Assembly: GCF_006345805.1 (NCBI RefSeq)
Contig: NC_043004.1
Coordinates: forward strand, 33,790,001 to 33,854,000
Reading direction: 5' to 3'
DNA from: Octopus sinensis
Lineage: Eukaryota
Length of the DNA stretch: 64,000 nt
Under the pieces are notes generated by a model. It was not told where the DNA came from. It ran no database searches and saw nothing but the letters and a program-made list of their open reading frames with translations. Shown here piece after piece: positions 13,266 through 24,764 of this stretch. The position numbers and the translations under genes were made by a program. The stretch's first letter is position 1. Each line of letters starts with the position of its first letter.

Positions 13266-13720
13266 TATATATTTCTTTACTGCCCACAAGGGGCTAAACA
13301 TAGAGGGGACAAACAAGGACAGACAAAGGGATTAATCGATTACATCGACCCCAGTATGAAACTGGTACTTTATTTATCGACCCTGAAAGGATGAAAAGGA
13401 AAGTCGACATCAGCGGAATTTGAACTCACAACGTAACGACAGACGAAATACTGCTAAGCATTTCGCCCAGCACGTTAACGTTTCTGCCAGCTCGCCACCT
13501 TCAAAAACGTAAAGACAGATAAAATATCTATTTCTTTACTACCCACAAGGGGCTAAACACAGAGAGGACAAACAAGGACAGACAGACGGATGAAGTCGAT
13601 TATATCGACCCCAGTGCGTAACTGGTACTTATTTAATTGACCCCGAAAGGATGAAAGGCAAAGTTGACCTTGGCGGAATTTGAACTCAGAACGTGCTAAC
13701 GTTTCTGCCAGATCACTGCC
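13266..13720 (-). mobile_element. Two tandem family A SINEs sharing one 22-bp TSD
   Basis: Copies at about 13266-13501 and 13527-13720. TTCTAAAGAACATATCTATATA (13250-13271) and TTCTAAAGAATATATCTATATA (13721-13742) flank the pair. Confidence 0.8.
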
Positions 13721-14161
13721 TTCTAAAGAATATATCTATATAACTCATTACCAACACTGAATGTTACAACAAATGTAAACATTACATCTGTATATTCAAA
13801 GTGTTTGTAGACCGAAAAACAAAAAGAAACAGCTGTATTTGCAACACATTTCAACTTTAGTTGGAGTTTTATCAGCAACTGTGCACCTCCCTTAACTATC
13901 CCCTTTCTCGGCTAGGAGAACTCTTGTTAATAAACCCACTAATATCAGAGGCTAAAATCTATATGATCTATAACACATCATTTTCAATGCTTGTGCCACA
14001 CTTACCAGCACAAATAACAATAAAGAAAATTCTGTTCCATCTGTTTCTCAATTAATTTGCTTCTTCAGTGTTCACAGGAAAAGTAAGATGCTTTTTGCTG
14101 TGAAGGTCAAGGAGGTGAACCAATTGTCTTCCAACATCTGGTTAATTGTCTTGTGCAAAAA

Positions 14162-15267
14162 CTGCCTTAAAAATAGGACACATTGAACAATGTATACATA
14201 CATTACATATTGTATAAAAGTGTATTGAAAAACATTTTGTTCTTATGCCCAGCATGGTTAGACAAAGGCCATCAAACCTCTACATAGAGTCTTCTTATTG
14301 GTTCAAGTGTAAGGAGTATGGTCCTCCATAGTAGTAAGGTATGAACATTTAATATGGAAGGCCACAGAGAAATAAAACTACACTCACTTACTGAAAAGTG
14401 TGTTTTATAAAGCTGAAAACACCAATTACATTTTCTTTGGATATCATTAGTATAATGTAACCTGAATTATGTATGCCAGCCTCTCCAGAGGTTTCATGGC
14501 CTTTGTCTAACCATGCTGGGCATAAGAACAAAATGTTTTTCAATACACTTTTATACAATACTAGCAGTATTGCCCGGCGTTGCTCGGGTTTGTAAGGGAA
14601 ATAACTATATAAGCATTTTTAGAGAGTTACTTCCCTTATAGATGCCAATTCGGGCTTTCTTAGCCATTTCTGTTTTGGTGTCTTCAAGCCATGAAGTCGT
14701 TGTTCTAAAAGAATGCTGGTCTCCTTGACAACGCTTTACGACATTGATTTCCTTACACTCCCTTCCCCACAGCTTCACGAGGGACGGAAGAAGGGGGAGA
14801 AGCAACACAGGTGCAGGTGTGACCATGGACGCCAACTCCACCGCCATCGACACATGAAAAAATATGCGTTAAAATGGAAAAAAATGATGTTAAATTATTT
14901 TTAAAATCGTAGACTCATCGTGGACACGTGCTAATACCCAGACGGGCTCGATATGAATCACGACTATAAGATACCCGAATTTGGTTAAACTGCACGGCAA
15001 AATGTGGGAGTAGTTAGGAATCTAAATCGTAGGAGACAGACACTCACACAACTACAGTTTTATATATATATAGATGTAACGTATGTATACATTGTTCAAT
15101 GTGTCCTATTTTTAAGGAAGTAGGGTTTAATAATAGAGGCTTAGCAGTTATTTCAAGCAAGGTAAGCATCTACATAGAGTCTTCTTATTGGTTCAAGTGT
15201 AAGGAGTATGGTCTCCCATAGTAGTAAGGCATGAACATTTAATATGGAAGGCCACAGAGAAATAAAA
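14162..15267. repeat. Composite 120-bp inverted repeat plus 98-bp direct repeat
   Basis: 14162-14281 pairs with 14487-14560 plus 15075-15120 (arm split by a Helitron). 14280-14377 is repeated directly at 15170-15267. Confidence 0.85.
14561..15074 (-). mobile_element. Non-autonomous Helitron, 514 bp
   Basis: Same TC...hairpin-CTAG termini as 5174-5472. The empty site CAATA|TGT can be reconstructed from the partner inverted arm. Carries about 215 bp (14641-14855) absent from the first copy. Confidence 0.88.
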
Positions 15268-16111
15268 TAAACTGTGTTAACTTAGACTCTGAATCTACAT
15301 GAGAGACAGACTATTAGTAAATTGAGGCATTAAAGGCAATCAAATTAAACAGGTGGAATGTCTGCACTGATGTGGAACTAGTGATGGGAAAAGATAAGAA
15401 ATACTGGGTGAAAGAGTGCAATGACTTTTTGATAGAGGATATTTTGGAAAAAGATGACCTAAGAAGATATGTTTAGATGCGGGGAGATGTGTTATGAAGT
15501 TGAATTTACAACAGGTCATCTTTGTCTTTCATCTCTCTGGAGATGATAGATTAATTTTCAAACATACCCTGAATCAATTCACTTGACTATATCCTCTCCA
15601 ATAAATGGATGGCTTTGTGCCAACTTATGAAATTATTCTTCTTCAAATATCAAAACACACAATTCTTCTGAAAGAAAGAATCATATAATTCTATAATGAA
15701 CCTCATTTTCGCTTACTTTTTTTTTTTATCTTTTGAGAATGTTTGTGTTTTTTTTCTCTTTAATATTTTCCAAAGCAGTTTACATAAACCGAACTCAGAA
15801 TAAGCTACATTTCTTCAACCAATATTTAATTTGTCTCACTCCTGATTACAGTACTAAAATACCTCTTCGATTGTTTTACATTTTCTAATCAATTGCAACA
15901 GTGAAAAACAAAAGGGAAATTTCAGTTAGAAATTCAACAGCATCTCTAAAAGGTTTAGTGATAAAATTTGAGAAAAAATATATCATATATAGGCACAGAC
16001 ATGGCTATCTGCTTGCAAATCTCACTTTGGAGCCATGTAGTCTTCTTTTGGTTCAGTCCTACTGTGTAGCACCGAGGGCAAGTGTCTTCCACTATAGCCT
16101 TAGGCTAATAT

Positions 16112-16133
16112 CAATATCTTGTGAATTATATAT

Positions 16134-16185
<52 letters not shown>

Positions 16186-16218
16186 ATTCAATATCTTGTG
16201 AATTATATATACATACAT

Positions 16219-16263
<45 letters not shown>

Positions 16264-16290
16264 AATTCAATATCTTGTGAATTATATAGT
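16112..16290 (+). repeat. Three tandem copies (about 77-79 bp period) of CAATATCTTGTGAATTATAT plus microsatellite
   Basis: Unit starts at 16112, 16189 and 16268, at the 3' break of a family B SINE fragment (about 15980-16120). Confidence 0.85.
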
Positions 16291-16700
16291 ATATATATAT
16301 ATGAATTACTACCATGTTTCTGTTGATGAAACTTGTTTCTCTGTCTACCTACTTACCCTCTTTGTGATGTTGGTAAATGGAATAAGTATAAAAATGAATC
16401 TTTTCAATTTTACTAAATTTTATATTTATATGCAGCTGAAGATTGCTCTAGATTTTAAAACTGATATAATACTTGCATTGTTTAATTAAATGGAGTCGCA
16501 TGTCTTGAATGGTCAGATTTTTTTTATGATTTTGGTAATATATGAGCAAATTGCAATCATGTTCTTTAGTTTTTCCTGTTGTTTTTTTTTGCATTGGATA
16601 TAATAGTTTGGATTTTGATTTCTAAGTTTTGTAATTGCTAAATATTCCTGCTACACATTCATACATAAATACATACATGTATTCTTTCATACATACACAT

Positions 16701-16967
16701 AGGACAGAGAAGAGAAAATGTGCACAGTTGTGGAAATCAGCTGCCTAGCGGATGTTAACATAAAGCCTCAGTGAAAAAGAGAATACCTATGCTGAACTAT
16801 TGAGAAATCTGCAGTTACTCTATTCAAAATACAAGTTCGGGTTTATACCTGTAATTATTGTAGGCTTCTCAAAACCAGAAAGGAGAAAGCTGAATCAAAG
16901 ACTACAGATCAAATCCATCACTGGAAATGTAAGAATCTGTAAAGCTTTCCAGAAGTTTATCATTTAA
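16701..16967 (+). mobile_element. 3' end of a non-LTR retrotransposon with restriction-like endonuclease (R4/Dong/NeSL-like)
   Basis: With one frameshift and a deletion it reads EEKMCTVVEISCLADVNIK / EKENTYAELLRNLQLLYSKYKFGFIPVIIVG / RLQIKSITGNVRICKAFQKFII*. This resembles the RLE pattern (I/V)EISCP..N...K..EK..Y..L...P(V/I)IIG. Confidence 0.7.
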
Positions 16968-17297
16968 GTATATATGAACATGTCTAGATATGCAACTATA
17001 TGCATGAGGATACATACATAAAAAAAACATACAAATCTACATACATACATGCACACAAAAATACCCAGTTGTTGATGTTGAAATTCCAATGAAGTAGCTT
17101 TGGATCAAGGCTAGAAACTGGCTTTTCTTTTATTGGCAAGAAACCTTGAAATAAACTGAATAATGAAACACATACAGACATACATAAATACATACATGCA
17201 CCCATACTTACATACATACATACATACATACATACCTACATACATACATACATACATACATACATACATACATACATACATACATACATACATACAT

Positions 17298-17840
17298 GAG
17301 GGCTGCCCCCTCGTTATCGAGTATGGCCATTGCACGAAGCTTAACTGTTATTGGTGCTGTGATCGAATGTGACTTTTTAGCCCAGCTAAAGATCTACAAT
17401 GTCTGGTACAAAATTAGCAGCTAAAACCTTTACCGGTAATAGCCGGCTGTAGTTGTAACTGGGCTTTATGTACCTTTGCATGTCGTTTAAGTCCTCCTGC
17501 CGGTTTACACTCTCTTCCACATGCCTGACAGATATGATTAGTATGGTGTGTAACACTACCACCATTGGCCAGGTTGTCACTCATCTGTCTCGCTTTATGA
17601 CTACAAAGATGACTCTTGAGTCCAGCTTTACTGAGGCAGGGTCTTGCACAGACACTGCATGTCAGCATCATAGAAAGACCTTTCCCATCTGGAAGCGTAA
17701 CAGCGATGCCCTTCCTGACATCCCTCCTTACTTTCTCATGCGCAACTCAAGATTTCTCAAAAGTAGCTATCCCCTTGTGCACAATCCTTCTCCACCTGCT
17801 ACGATCAATAGCTATGCCTTCCCATTTGTCAGGAGAGATG
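17298..17840 (-). mobile_element. 5'-truncated RTE-type LINE 3' end encoding C-terminal C2H2 zinc fingers
   Basis: ISPDKWEGIAIDRSRWRRIVHKG (RTE C-terminal W..A.DR..WR), then CSVCARPCLSKAGLKSHLCSH, CQACGRECKPAGGLKRHAKVH and a third finger interrupted by TAA. (TACA)n on both sides. Second copy at 49239-49556. Confidence 0.8.
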
Positions 17841-18744
17841 CATACATACATACATACATGTATACATAAATACATGCACACATACATGCATATACACACT
17901 TACATGCCTACACACATATATTAATACATTGCCTAATGCATCCTTTATGGTGAGAACTGAAGAAAAATTGACTGCTATATCTAGCATAATGAAACACCAT
18001 GTAGATACTTGCTTATTGGTTCACAGGAAAATATAAATGTGAGACAGGAGTACCTAAAATAATACCAATTATGTCTTTACTATTACTACTGAAATTTTTT
18101 TTTAAATTTAATTTTATAAACATTTTTCTATCTTGTATTATCCCGACTGGTGAATTTTGTGGATTATAGAATTATTTGCCGTTTTAGAGAACCTAAAGTC
18201 AGATAGACCATTTTAAATGTTTTTGACTGAGTTTTATTGAATAAATCTGAATTTATACTTTGGATATTGTAGCTCCAGACTTTTCATAAGTAGTCCAGAG
18301 ATGTCTGAGTTTTATTTTTTATTTTTTCTTAACAACATTGATATCAAGTCAGTTGCTGGCTTTTCCACAACAAAACATATATTTATCATGAAGCTCTGGA
18401 TAATAATAATAACATGAGACCAGTTGTGTTTAAATTTATTTCAAGCTTTTTATTTTTAGATTCTATCAATATTCATGTCGCCGATCTGTTTAAATATATT
18501 GGCGATCATCATCATGTAACAGATCAATGTAGGTGATCATTGTCTCCTTCTGAATGTCACTGGAAAAGTAACACTTTGAAACATTTTCCAACAATTTTTT
18601 CATTGTCTGACTAATATCTTCTCTGTCTGACTAATATATTCTCTGTCCAGTTACAAGTATCATATCTTCTGTCCTTATTTGTTGTCCTTGTGAAAGTATT
18701 TTATTATCTGTCTATATATATGTTATATTCTCTGCTTATATATG

Positions 18745-18915
18745 CACCCTGATGTTGGTTGGTGTGTTTACAAACTTGGTGGTTCAGCAAAAGAACCCAA
18801 TAAAATAAGTACTAAGCTTACAAAGAATAAGTCCTGGGGTTGATTTGTTCGACTAAAGGCAATGCTCCAGTGTGGCCACAGTTAAATAACAGAAACGAGT
18901 CGAAGAATAAAAGAA
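18745..18915 (+). mobile_element. Family B SINE 3' half
   Basis: GGTTCAGCAAAAGAACCCAAT...ACAAAGAATAAGTCCTGGGGTTGATTTGTTCGACTAAAGGC. Confidence 0.75.
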
Positions 18916-19665
18916 GAACACACACAGTAAGTATCTCTGCATACAAAGAGGATTGTCCAGAAAGCATTCTTGAATGCTGTTCTGTTGCAATTCTGCTGAC
19001 TTGTATTTTGTTACAAATAAGAGAAACAACTTTTGCACAGCAACTTCACATCGTTTATAATGGATTTTATATAAAAAAAAAACATTCTTTACTACACAGA
19101 ATTTCATTTGTATTCCCTTGGCTGACATCGTTACCTCATCACTGCCACCACTCTCAATACTAATACTAATACCATACATATGAAGAGACAGGCTGAGAAA
19201 GGAAAAGGTAAAATCGCTGGCTAATATGTATACAGAATGTAATTATAAAGTTGCACCTGCTTCTAATGGTTTCATTACAGGTAAGAGGCTTCAATCAAAC
19301 GAAATAAACGATTTAAGATAATATTATTTAATCAAAAGAAAAATGTATGGTATTTTTTCTTTGTTTCCTTTTTTATTTTCTGAATCGATTCTTAACTAAA
19401 TTTTTGACGTCACAGCTAGTTAAATCCCTGACATTGTAAATATCAATCATTTGCTTGTTCTAGACACTTGGCTATCAAGTAACGATCTCTCTCTCTCTCT
19501 CTCTCTCGGTTTGTATTGATTCACTTTGTACTTGATCAGTACAAATACTTATGTTACGCCTGGCTTTACATAACTGAGACTGCTCAGTTCACTGAATCTA
19601 TATTTTCTCCATTGAAAGTGCAACCATTTTACCATCTTCAGCCAATGGAAAATATTTTACAACCA

Positions 19666-19696
<31 letters not shown>

Positions 19697-19790
19697 CATA
19701 TGTATGTGTGTTGTGTATCTGTGTGTATATAATACACACACATATATATACATATGTATGTCTGTTTGTGTATGTGTATATACACACACC

Positions 19791-19896
<106 letters not shown>

Positions 19897-20949
19897 ACTC
19901 ACTCTTACCTTCACCTTGCTTAACCAATTAAATAATGGCTCTTTAGCACCAAAGATACAATTCTGCCGAAAAAGTTGTTTTTCCTTCATCTTCTGATCGT
20001 CTATATATACATTAAACTATGGTTTACCTTTTTAAATTACCTGCTGCTGTATACCTTATACCAAGGACCATACTTACTGAGGTAATTACTAGGAGGGCCT
20101 CTGGATACTTCTATCCTAAGAGGGCTTAACACCTCTAACTTATACTTTATATATATATATATATATATATTATCTATATATTATCTATTAATGTATGTTT
20201 ATAGGTATTTACATATATATACAAACTGGATTTGAACTAAACATGGTAAAAACACAGTTAATTACACGGCCAATGAAACATCTACGATTAAAGTGAGATT
20301 TTTAGGTTATTCAAGTATATCTTTGAGTAAAACCATTCATATTAACCTGATGCCAGTTTTAGGTTTACATGGCAGTAACCATTATCAGCAGACTCAGCTC
20401 TACTCACAGGTAAACTAGATAATTACCTAAATGTACTAAAAGTGGAGTTAAGGGGTGGCACACACACTCTGGACAACTCAGACAAAATTTCTAAATCAGC
20501 TAAAAACACTAAAACTACAGAATAATTACGAAGGGGTGGGCTTTCTGCAGGGCCTTCTGCCAATCACAACAAAGTATATCCGATACAAAATTGTGTATTA
20601 AGTTCCCAATTAAACTATGGTTTTCCTAGATCTATACTGGATATATTCCAGATATATAAAAAAAAAAGTGGAAGTAAGGTTAGTCCCAGAAGAGAGGAGG
20701 GTGGAGGATAGAGATGGGTTTGGAAGAGAGGGTTAAGTGGTTTTTATGAATCGTCATGTGATTTGATGTGAAACACTTCAGCCAGATAATAGATTTACTC
20801 GGTGATATTTCTGGTCGTAAAAACTATAGATCGTTTGTATAAAAATTATAATGTTCTGATTGCAATTTTCAGCTGGAAAATCATGGCTGGAGGAGGTTGT
20901 GGAAAGAAAATTGGGAAAGGGGCCTCACGTATGTTTTAATATAACAGTC

Positions 20950-21125
20950 AGGCATGGGTGCTGGGTTAAAACGGTCATTTCCCAACCACAAGACTTTGGG
21001 CTCAGTCACCCTGCACTGTAACTTGGGTAAATGTTTACTACTTTTAGCCCAAGCTTGAGAAAAGACTTGTGAGAAGATTTGGTAGATTTTGCAGAGAAAA
21101 AACGAAAGAAGCTCTTCATGTGTGT
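20950..21125 (+). mobile_element. Family B SINE 5' half, degenerate
   Basis: CAGGCATGGGTG...CCCAACCACAAG...ACTTGGGTAAATG...GTGAGAAGATTTGGTAG...CGAAAGAAGC. Confidence 0.6.
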
Positions 21126-21994
21126 GTGTGTGTGTGTATGAGTCTGTGTCACCAAGAGAAGGCGTCATGCAGCTGATGTAATTTATTTCCAATGTAATAC
21201 GATTCACTTGAAGTGTGTGAGGGCAAAAATGGAGAAGCAGAGATGGAATAACTGAATCGTTGTCATTGTCATTGTTGCTGCAGCCACTACTGTCATCACT
21301 GGCACCACCGCCACTGCCTCTGCCACTCATTGCTTTTCTAAGTTTCCCACCTTTTAAGCAAGCAAAGGTATCATATGAGATGGTTCAGTGCAAGACAACC
21401 AACTAAAGAACCTCACACTTCTGAAACTAAACTGACTGCCAGATTCTATTTGTACTGTACCATTTGTCTTTAACCATTCTAAAAACTATCTTTCAAAACT
21501 ATTTGATAGAAATATAAATAACATCATATATTCTGTGCCACTTTTCATAAAACTGATATCTAAATTACGGAATTTCTCTGAAAATTCTCCCATCTGATAA
21601 ACTTGTCAACAGTCGCAGCATCAGAAGAGAGTCAGCACTTAATTCTCTGTTTATATCTTCAAATCAAGCAACTCTAAGATTTCGTTTACTATTAGAACAA
21701 TAATTTCATTAGTTAAATGTTGTCTATACATTGAAATACTTCCTTTTAATATCACTTCATTGAAATTGTCTTGACAGATCTATTCTGGCCATATATGGCA
21801 ACATCCCAAATGGATATGATATAAGACATAAGGTACACTAGTCACTGTCTAGATAATTGGACTGGTGAAACTTCTTGTGACAGTGAATGAGGAGTTTTTA
21901 ATTAAAGTTTAGATGCTCTTAAGTTTAGACATCAAATGATCTTTCATGGCAATCAATCTTTTATGTGATAGCTTCTTCGAAGAGAAAGGCTCAC

Positions 21995-22109
21995 CATTCT
22001 CTTCAGAATCAGCATCTTCTACAAACCTGAATGGTTGATAACGCTTTCAATGCCTAAGTACACCACATATTAGGGGGGCTACAGTTTCTGCACTTAATAA
22101 CCTTATGGT
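21995..22109 (-). other. Candidate exon of an unidentified minus-strand transcript (115 nt)
   Basis: Acceptor TTTTTTTTTCTTCTTTTCTTTGCAG| at 22110 and donor G|GTGAGC at 21994. Phase 0 reads TIRLLSAETVAPLICGVLRH*KRYQPFRFVEDADSEEN. No homology recognised. Confidence 0.35.
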
Positions 22110-22369
22110 CTGCAAAGAAAAGAAGAAAAAAAAGAACTTTTGGATTATTTATCATCTTTTACATATTCCAGGCATTAAATTGTCCTGAAGGATTTCATTC
22201 AAGAAATTGACTCCAGCATATATTCTTTGGAATTTAGTATTTGTTCTCTCAGTCTCTTTTGCTGAAGTTATGTTATGGGGATGTAAATTAACCAACGCCA
22301 ATTGCTACTAAATAGTGGTGAAGAACATACACAAGCACAAAGACACATCCACATCCACACACATGTTCA

Positions 22370-22763
22370 CACATGCACATATTCACATGCACACACACGT
22401 ATGTAATCACACACATACATGTATATATAGATATGTGCATGTATGTATATTTGTATGTATGATTATATGTGCTTATATATGTATAAATGTGTGTGTGTAT
22501 ATATATATGTATATATGTATATATGCATATGTGTATATATATATATGTGTGTATATATATATAGGTATATATGTGTATGTTTATATGTATGTTTCCGTCT
22601 GTATAAAGGGTAACTGCATGTATATATATTTATTATTTATTATTTATTACTTGAGTATGCGTTTGTAAGCATGTATGTATTTATGTATATAAGGAGGCGC
22701 GTGAGTGTGTGTATGTGTATGCATTTGTATAAACATATGTATACATTTATGCATGTATGTGCT

Positions 22764-22824
<61 letters not shown>

Positions 22825-22885
22825 ATATATGTATGTAAAAACGTGTGTGTATATGTATATATGTGTGTATGTGTGTGTATATATG

Positions 22886-22918
<33 letters not shown>

Positions 22919-23736
22919 ACGCTTGTGTGTTTATGTATATGTAGGTATGTAGAGTTATGTGTGTATGTAATGTTTATATGTATGTATCCGTCTGTATAAT
23001 GGGTAACTGCACATATATATAGTTATTATTTATTATTTGAGTATGCATGTATGTACTTATGTGTATATATAGATGCGCGTGTGTGTGTGTATGTGTACAC
23101 ATATATATATATATATGTGTGTATGTGCATATATGTATGTATATATATGTGTATGTATATGTATATGTATATATATGTATATATATATGTATGTGTATGT
23201 ATGTATGTGTATATGTATATGTGTATATATATTTATTAGTGTATATGTATGGACTAGTCTTCTGTGGGTGTATTGAGGTATGTATGTGTATGCGTGTGGA
23301 TATGAATCTGTAGGTACATGTACGTATGTGAATATACGTGAATGTATGTAGATGTATATATTTATTAGTGTATATGTATGGACGAGTCTTCTGTCGGTGT
23401 ATTGAGGTATGTATGTGTATGCGTGTGGATATGAATCTGTAGGTACGTGTACGTATGTGAATATACGTGAATGTATGTAGATGTATGTATGTATGAATAT
23501 AACACGTGCGTGTGTGTATGGGTATGAGTGTACGTGTGAGTGTGTGCGCGTGAGTGAGTGTTTGCGTTCGTATCAGCGAGTAGAAAGATAAATGGACTCT
23601 TTAGACCATCCCCTGGGACTGGCTGACCGAGGTCAAGATAAAAATAAAGATATAAACAAAAGTAATAATAAAATTAAAATAAGGAATAAAAATGTGTGTG
23701 TATGTGTGTGCATGTATATGCATGTGTATGTGTGTG

Positions 23737-23778
<42 letters not shown>

Positions 23779-23856
23779 CGAGTGTGTATACATATATGTA
23801 TATGTATGTATATATATGTGTATGTATATGTATGTATATGTGTATGTGTGTGTATA

Positions 23857-23913
<57 letters not shown>

Positions 23914-23970
23914 GTATGTATGTATATATATGTGAATATGTGGGTGTATATATATATATATATATATGAG
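22370..23970. repeat. Large compound (TA)/(TG)/(TATG) microsatellite region with internal segmental duplications
   Basis: 129-bp tandem duplication at about 23227-23484. A roughly 130-bp segment near 22590 recurs near 22985. Confidence 0.9.
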
Positions 23971-24306
23971 AGTCTCCTTACTTACCTAAAACTCTATTTT
24001 TCTATTTATTCTTTTATTCTTTTATTTATTCTTTTATCTACTTTACCACCGATTCCTTTGACCACTCCCCTAATAATGATAGTTTTGCGCCATGCCTACC
24101 CCCAAAAAAGTCCCCCACCACCACCCCTTTAAACCTGCCTAAATGTATAAATGCCAAAACAACTCTTGTCAGCTAGCTTCCTGATGATTTCTTTTGAATG
24201 AAACAGTTCTAGTCCTGTAGAAACTCCTTCTATATAATAAATTAATTTACTCTGCTATGTATTGAGTACCTTATTTACTGTGGTTACCCCGACTCAACCC
24301 GGGACC

Positions 24307-24367
<61 letters not shown>

Positions 24368-24371
<4 letters not shown>

Positions 24372-24710
24372 TTTTACTTGTTTCAGTCATTTGACTGCGG
24401 CCATGCCGGAGCACCGCCTTTAGTCGAGCAACTCGACCCCGGGACTTATTCTTTGTAAGCCCAAGTGACGGGGACATAAACACACAAGCAATGCAAGGGG
24501 GACAAACACAGACACACAAACACACACGCACACATATATATATATACATATATACGACGGGCTTCTTTCAGCTTCTGTCTACCAAATCCACTCACAAGGC
24601 CCAAGGCTATAGTAGAAGACACTTGCCCAAGGTGCCACGCAGTGGGACTGAACCCGGAACCATGTGGTTGGTAAGCAAACTACTTACCACACAGCCACTC
24701 CTACGCCTAT
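24368..24710 (-). mobile_element. Family B SINE, near full length, with an internal deletion
   Basis: CTTTTACTTGTTTCAGTCATTTGACTGCGGCCATG...CTTGCCCAAGGTGCCACGCAGTGGGACTGAACCCGGAACCATGTGG. The CTTGGGCAAGT motif resembles the CORE domain. Confidence 0.9.
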
Positions 24711-24764
24711 ATATATATATATATATAATATATGTATATATATGTATGTATGTATCATCATCAT

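Noticed and set aside
17414-17671. C2H2 zinc-finger ORF as a host ZNF gene (also 49168-49491)
   Set aside because: It is contiguous with RTE C-terminal motifs and a shared 3' end and tail, is 5'-truncated at different points, and carries stops.
21600-21780. SECIS-like stems downstream of the TGA-containing candidate exon
   Set aside because: One stem lacks the 3' GA of the quartet and the other pairs poorly; neither is canonical by eye.
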